Source of the DNA: a candidate division WOR-3 bacterium
Lineage (GTDB): Bacteria; Hydrothermota; Hydrothermia; Hydrothermales; Hydrothermaceae
Direction: 5' to 3'
Assembly (NCBI GenBank): GCA_039803745.1
Contig: JBDRZD010000015.1
Location: 1-31,548 of the forward strand
Length of the DNA: 31,548 nucleotides
In this document: positions 27,816 to 31,548 of the stretch, one piece after another
Layout: every line of letters begins with the position of its first letter
Position numbering within the stretch: position 1 is the stretch's first letter
The notes under the pieces: generated by a model
The model's database searches: none
The model's input: the letters and a program-made list of their open reading frames with translations, nothing else
What the model was told of the DNA's origin: nothing
Program-made: the position numbers and the translations under genes

Positions 27816-29236
27816 TAGTTGAGGATGCTGAGAAGATTGTAAAAATAGAAGATGGAAAAATTAGAGAAATATATAAAAAAGGAGAAATAAAACCTGATTT
27901 TATTTTTAAAAAGGCAAGTTTAATTCCTTCTTTTTGCGATTCCCATACCCATTTAATAGGCACAGGACTCTCTGAAATAAGATATTCTCTAAAAGAAAAA
28001 AAATCAAAAGAGGAAGTTTATGAATTTTTAAAAGAAATTTTAAAAGAAAAAAAAGACTTAATAATTGCTTATGATTTTGATGAGAGTAAATGGAAAGAGA
28101 AAGAATTTCCAAAAAAAGAAGAACTTGATAAAATATCCAAAAAAGTACCTATAATTTTAAGAAGAATATGCGGTCATTTTGCTGTTGGAAATTCAAGGGC
28201 TCTTGAAATTTTAAAATTAAAAAAAGCAAAGAATATTGATTTTGAAACTGGAATAATGAAGGAAGAAGTTCCTTTAAATTTAAATTATTACTTTCCACCT
28301 TCAAAAGAGGAAATTAAAAAAGCCTTTATAAAAGGACAGGAGATTGCTTTTTCTTTTGGAATCACAGAAGTTCATGAAATATTAGGACTTAAAAATTTTA
28401 AAAATATTTTAGAATTTAAAGAAAAGGATTTTTTAATAAGAATAAATTTATATGTTGTTTTGAAAAATCTAAAAGAAATAAGAGAATTTGAAAGGATAAA
28501 AGGAAAATTTGAAGAGAAAGAATTTTTAAAATTAAAGGGAATAAAAATTTTTGCTGATGGTTCAATAGGTGCGAGAACTGCATTTTTAAAAGAAGATTAT
28601 AGTGATGCAAAAGGCGAAAGGGGCAAACTCTTAATTGATGAATATACTCTGACAGAGTTTATAAAATATGCTGAAAAAAAGGGATTGCAGCTTCTTGTAC
28701 ATGCAATAGGAGATGCAGCAATAGAATTTGTTTTAAAAACATTTAATAAAATGATTTCAAAAAATCCTTTAAGACATAGAATAGAACATTTTGAAATTGT
28801 AAATGAAGATATAATAAAGATGGCTAAAAAAAGTAATATCTATATTTCAATGCAGCCGAATTTTGTAAGAGAATGGCAAGAAAAAAATGGAATGTACTAT
28901 ACAAGACTCGGAGAAAAAAGATGGAAAAAAATGAACCTTTTTAAAACATTACTTAATGAAGATTTAAAAATTGCTTTTGGTTCTGACTGTATGCCTATAG
29001 GACCTTTATATGGAATAAAAGGTGCAATGAATCATCCGATTCCTTCTCAAAGAATTAACTTTGAAACTTCATTAAAACTTTATACAGAAAATCCAAGAAT
29101 TTTTTCCTTTGAAGAAAAAAATAGAGGAAAAATAAAAAAAGATTTTGATGCTGATTTAATCCTTCTTGATAAAAAAAATAATTTAATTGCAATTATTTTT
29201 AAAGATAAAATTACATATACCACTCAAAAATTTTAA
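27812..29236 (+). CDS. Metal-dependent amidohydrolase (Amidohydro_3, YtcJ-like)
   Basis: DSHTH, KIFADGSIGARTA, VHAIGD, RHRIEH, FGSD. Confidence 0.92.
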   Translation: MIVEDAEKIVKIEDGKIREIYKKGEIKPDFIFKKASLIPSFCDSHTHLIGTGLSEIRYSLKEKKSKEEVYEFLKEILKEKKDLIIAYDFDESKWKEKEFPKKEELDKISKKVPIILRRICGHFAVGNSRALEILKLKKAKNIDFETGIMKEEVPLNLNYYFPPSKEEIKKAFIKGQEIAFSFGITEVHEILGLKNFKNILEFKEKDFLIRINLYVVLKNLKEIREFERIKGKFEEKEFLKLKGIKIFADGSIGARTAFLKEDYSDAKGERGKLLIDEYTLTEFIKYAEKKGLQLLVHAIGDAAIEFVLKTFNKMISKNPLRHRIEHFEIVNEDIIKMAKKSNIYISMQPNFVREWQEKNGMYYTRLGEKRWKKMNLFKTLLNEDLKIAFGSDCMPIGPLYGIKGAMNHPIPSQRINFETSLKLYTENPRIFSFEEKNRGKIKKDFDADLILLDKKNNLIAIIFKDKITYTTQKF

Positions 29237-29256
29237 AGAGATTATAGGAAAATTAT

Positions 29257-29342
29257 TTAAAAAGGGGCAAGAAGGATTATTTTATATCTCCCGGCAAGTA
29301 AAACACTACCAAGGACATACTAAATTCTCTTGCCCCTTTTAA
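29257..29342 (-). terminator. Long stem-loop / probable terminator between convergent genes
   Basis: 13-bp perfect inverted repeat (29260-29272 / 29328-29340) enclosing 55 nt that pair further on the minus strand using G:U pairs. Confidence 0.65.
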
Positions 29343-29348
29343 TTTCCT

Positions 29349-30998
29349 TTATTTTATATTTATAACCTTTTCTGTCCTATCTGGCAATTTAAAGAAATAT
29401 ACTCCTTTACCCGGTAAATCAATTTTTAAAGTATGGTTACCTGCACTAAAATATCTTTCAATCCTGTTTATATCCCTTCCTGATGAAGAATAAATATCTA
29501 TTTTCAAATTCTTTCCATAGGGTAAATTGAATTTTAAAATGGCATAACCATTTTTGGAAAATATTGAATAACTTGAAGGAACATTTTTTACAATTTCCTT
29601 AATTCCTACGTTCCACCACCAGTCAAACCATACATTTCCGCTTCCATATTGTCTGTAAAAAACTGTTGTTCCACCTAAAACAATGTTGAGAGCTATTTTG
29701 TTTGGCATTTCACCTGTTGCATCATGCTCATTTATAACTGCCCTGTCTTGCCATGAATTTGGAGCGCCTGCATTTGCCCATACTGTTATAATTGAATCAA
29801 ATGATTGATAAGTTGTTCCAAGAGCCACACATATATCATATGGATAATCAAATGCTGTTTCTATCCATGGATACTTTACATCTCCATAAGCATAGTTCAT
29901 TGGTGGCCATACACCATATGTCCAGTTTGAACCTCCATCAGTTGTATAAGCATAATGAATATCATACATATTTGTATTTGAATGGTAATGCCTGTAAAGA
30001 CACCAGGCAGTTTGATTTGGGGGTGTTTGTTGTCTTGATGCTGCCATTGAGGTCATATATTCTCCATCTCCATCAGTTTCAACATTAGCAAAATTCCATG
30101 TGCCACTCAATCCATTTGTATTTCTCCCAATTCTTACAATACTATCATCAACAACATAAGAGATATAAAAATAGTTGCCCTTTCCAATTGCAATCTCAGG
30201 ATCTTTTCTGTTTCCACTTGAAACCCAAATAGGTGTTTCCCATGTTAATCCCTGGTCAGTTGAACGGGTTGCATATAAATTCCATGTTGTTGCACCTGCT
30301 TGCTTTAAATAAGCAACATAAAGAACTTCGTTTTCATCCATATCAACAGCAAACCTTCCTATTGAATCACCGGGTGTTGCAATCCATATCCAGTCTCCTG
30401 TGCTTCCATCGGCTCTCCATCTTCTTAAAATTAATGCACCATCATTAGGTGTTCCTGAAACAGTTGACCTTACAAATGTATAAATCCACGGATTTGTTCC
30501 TCTTCCAACAAGAACTTCTACCTGCCAAATCTCATCGCCATCAGGATACCATATGGGAAGCCAGGAAGTCCAGTTAATTCCATCAGTTGAATAATAATGA
30601 AATATTGTATCATAATCACTTCCTGTAACATATCTTAAAACTGCAACATAGTTTGGCTTATTTGTCATATCTGATGAATGTGAAAGAGAAATCCATCTTA
30701 AATTATAAGAACCACTCCTTACAAGCTTATCTGTTCCCCACTCAATCTCTCCACCAGAATTTCCATTTTCTTCTTTTCTTTCAATCCTTGGAACCGATAT
30801 AATTGCAGAAATATCAGGGATTGAATTATCTTGAATTGCATTACCATGAGAAACAATTTCCTCTTCCGGAATCTGATTCTGAACTTCATATAGCCATGGT
30901 CCTTTTATCGGGTTATCAGGATATAGAGGACTTTTAGCGCTTAGACTATTTATTTCGGTAAGTATAACACTTACCATCAGGTATTTTATATATTTCAT
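29349..30998 (-). CDS. Secreted Asp-box/BNR-repeat beta-propeller protein with T9SS type-A-like C-terminal domain
   Basis: Signal peptide; YSTDGINW, RSTDQGLTW, YTTDGGSNW Asp-boxes; GIKE...IYSSSGR...GKGVYFF tail; SD AGGAGG at 31003-31008. Confidence 0.82.
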   Translation of the reverse strand: MKYIKYLMVSVILTEINSLSAKSPLYPDNPIKGPWLYEVQNQIPEEEIVSHGNAIQDNSIPDISAIISVPRIERKEENGNSGGEIEWGTDKLVRSGSYNLRWISLSHSSDMTNKPNYVAVLRYVTGSDYDTIFHYYSTDGINWTSWLPIWYPDGDEIWQVEVLVGRGTNPWIYTFVRSTVSGTPNDGALILRRWRADGSTGDWIWIATPGDSIGRFAVDMDENEVLYVAYLKQAGATTWNLYATRSTDQGLTWETPIWVSSGNRKDPEIAIGKGNYFYISYVVDDSIVRIGRNTNGLSGTWNFANVETDGDGEYMTSMAASRQQTPPNQTAWCLYRHYHSNTNMYDIHYAYTTDGGSNWTYGVWPPMNYAYGDVKYPWIETAFDYPYDICVALGTTYQSFDSIITVWANAGAPNSWQDRAVINEHDATGEMPNKIALNIVLGGTTVFYRQYGSGNVWFDWWWNVGIKEIVKNVPSSYSIFSKNGYAILKFNLPYGKNLKIDIYSSSGRDINRIERYFSAGNHTLKIDLPGKGVYFFKLPDRTEKVINIK

Positions 30999-31017
30999 AA
31001 AACCTCCTATTGTTTTT

Positions 31018-31084
31018 AAGATTCTTTCTTATCCCCTCCCGAAAGCCGAGACTAAACTCTCAGAAGAAAATAAAAAAGAATCTT
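31018..31084 (-). ncRNA. Candidate structured 5' leader RNA (21-bp stem with two-hairpin head)
   Basis: Manual fold: AAGAUUCUUUUUUAUUUUCUU pairs with GAGGGGAUAAGAAAGAAUCUU (5 G:U), enclosing CUGAGA/UCUCGG and CU-UUCG-GG hairpins. It lies between the promoter and the SD. Confidence 0.5.
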
Positions 31085-31095
31085 TTATAGTTATT

Positions 31096-31124
31096 ATAAT
31101 ACAGGTTTTTTTAAAAAAAATCAA
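31096..31124 (-). promoter_or_regulatory. sigma70-type promoter for the Asp-box gene
   Basis: TTGATT (31124-31119), 17 nt, TATTAT (31101-31096). Confidence 0.55.
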
Positions 31125-31503
31125 GTCTTCTTTGAGAATATAAATATATTAAGGTTTAAAAATAAATTTCTCAAAATAAGTAAAATGCCATTTTCTGGTT
31201 CTTCTCCAAATATCTTAAAAAAAGCCACATTCAAAATGAACTCCTTTAAAATAAGAGAACTAAAGAATTTAAATTGCCAATGTTATAAAAAATTATGATG
31301 CTCTGCTCTTATTCTTGAATCAAGTGCACCTATAAGAGAAGGCAAAAGAACTCTTTATCCTGAAATTATTGAGATTATAAATCCAAAACAAAAATTTCTT
31401 TTTAATGCAAAAACCACTTCACTTTTTCACCTCTTGAATACTTTTTGAAAAATTATATAAGGAACAATTATTATTCTAATATGTATATAAATCGTACAAC
31501 TAC

Positions 31504-31532
31504 TTGACATTTTAATTTTTTTCCTGTATAAT
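31504..31532 (+). promoter_or_regulatory. Consensus sigma70 promoter for a gene beyond the window
   Basis: TTGACA (31504-31509), 17 nt, TATAAT (31527-31532). Confidence 0.85.
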
Positions 31533-31548
31533 TTATACACTTAAAAAT

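Noticed and set aside
22652..30448. Short antisense ORFs within tolC, adaptor, RND, amidohydrolase and Asp-box genes
   Set aside because: They lie opposite well-supported genes and show no recognisable motifs.
29257..31084. Hairpins as attC site, SRP RNA, hammerhead ribozyme or terminal repeats of a mobile element
   Set aside because: No RYYYAAC/GTTRRRY boxes, no SRP helix-8 motif, no proper CUGANGA...GAAA core, and the two hairpins are not similar to each other.
1..31548. CRISPR arrays, tRNA/rRNA genes, IS elements, prophage or defence genes
   Set aside because: No spaced short repeats, cloverleafs, transposase/integrase motifs or nuclease motifs were seen by eye.

Overview
A very AT-rich, gene-dense bacterial chromosomal window with K/E/I-rich cytoplasmic proteins. 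It suggests a thermophilic diderm, most like candidate division WOR-3 (inference from composition and gene content, not a database hit). Contents in order: (1) two modular secreted Kelch-propeller paralogs (<1..1997 and 2938..5166) sharing a near-identical ~570-bp tract and flanking a PrsA/SurA-like lipoprotein gene; (2) ispH-NUDIX divergent from hsp20; (3) a ~13-kb chain of overlapping or abutting minus-strand genes: secD, secF, giant TPR, Cys4-TPR, cheD, rimO, small ORF, FG-GAP protein, secreted protein, folK, panC, cvpA; (4) purF; (5) TetR-TolC-adaptor-RND-PII-like-amidohydrolase, with a palindromic operator over the tetR start; (6) a secreted Asp-box protein bracketed by two long G:U-rich RNA hairpins. 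Four complete genes end in T9SS type-A-like C-terminal domains. I found no rRNA, tRNA, CRISPR array, transposase or integrase. Best leads: an orphan CheD coupled to two TPR proteins, structured UTRs around the Asp-box gene, module sharing between the Kelch paralogs, an apparent ATA start for folK, a hairpin-less RND adaptor, and candidate leaderless mRNAs and ultra-short signal peptides.
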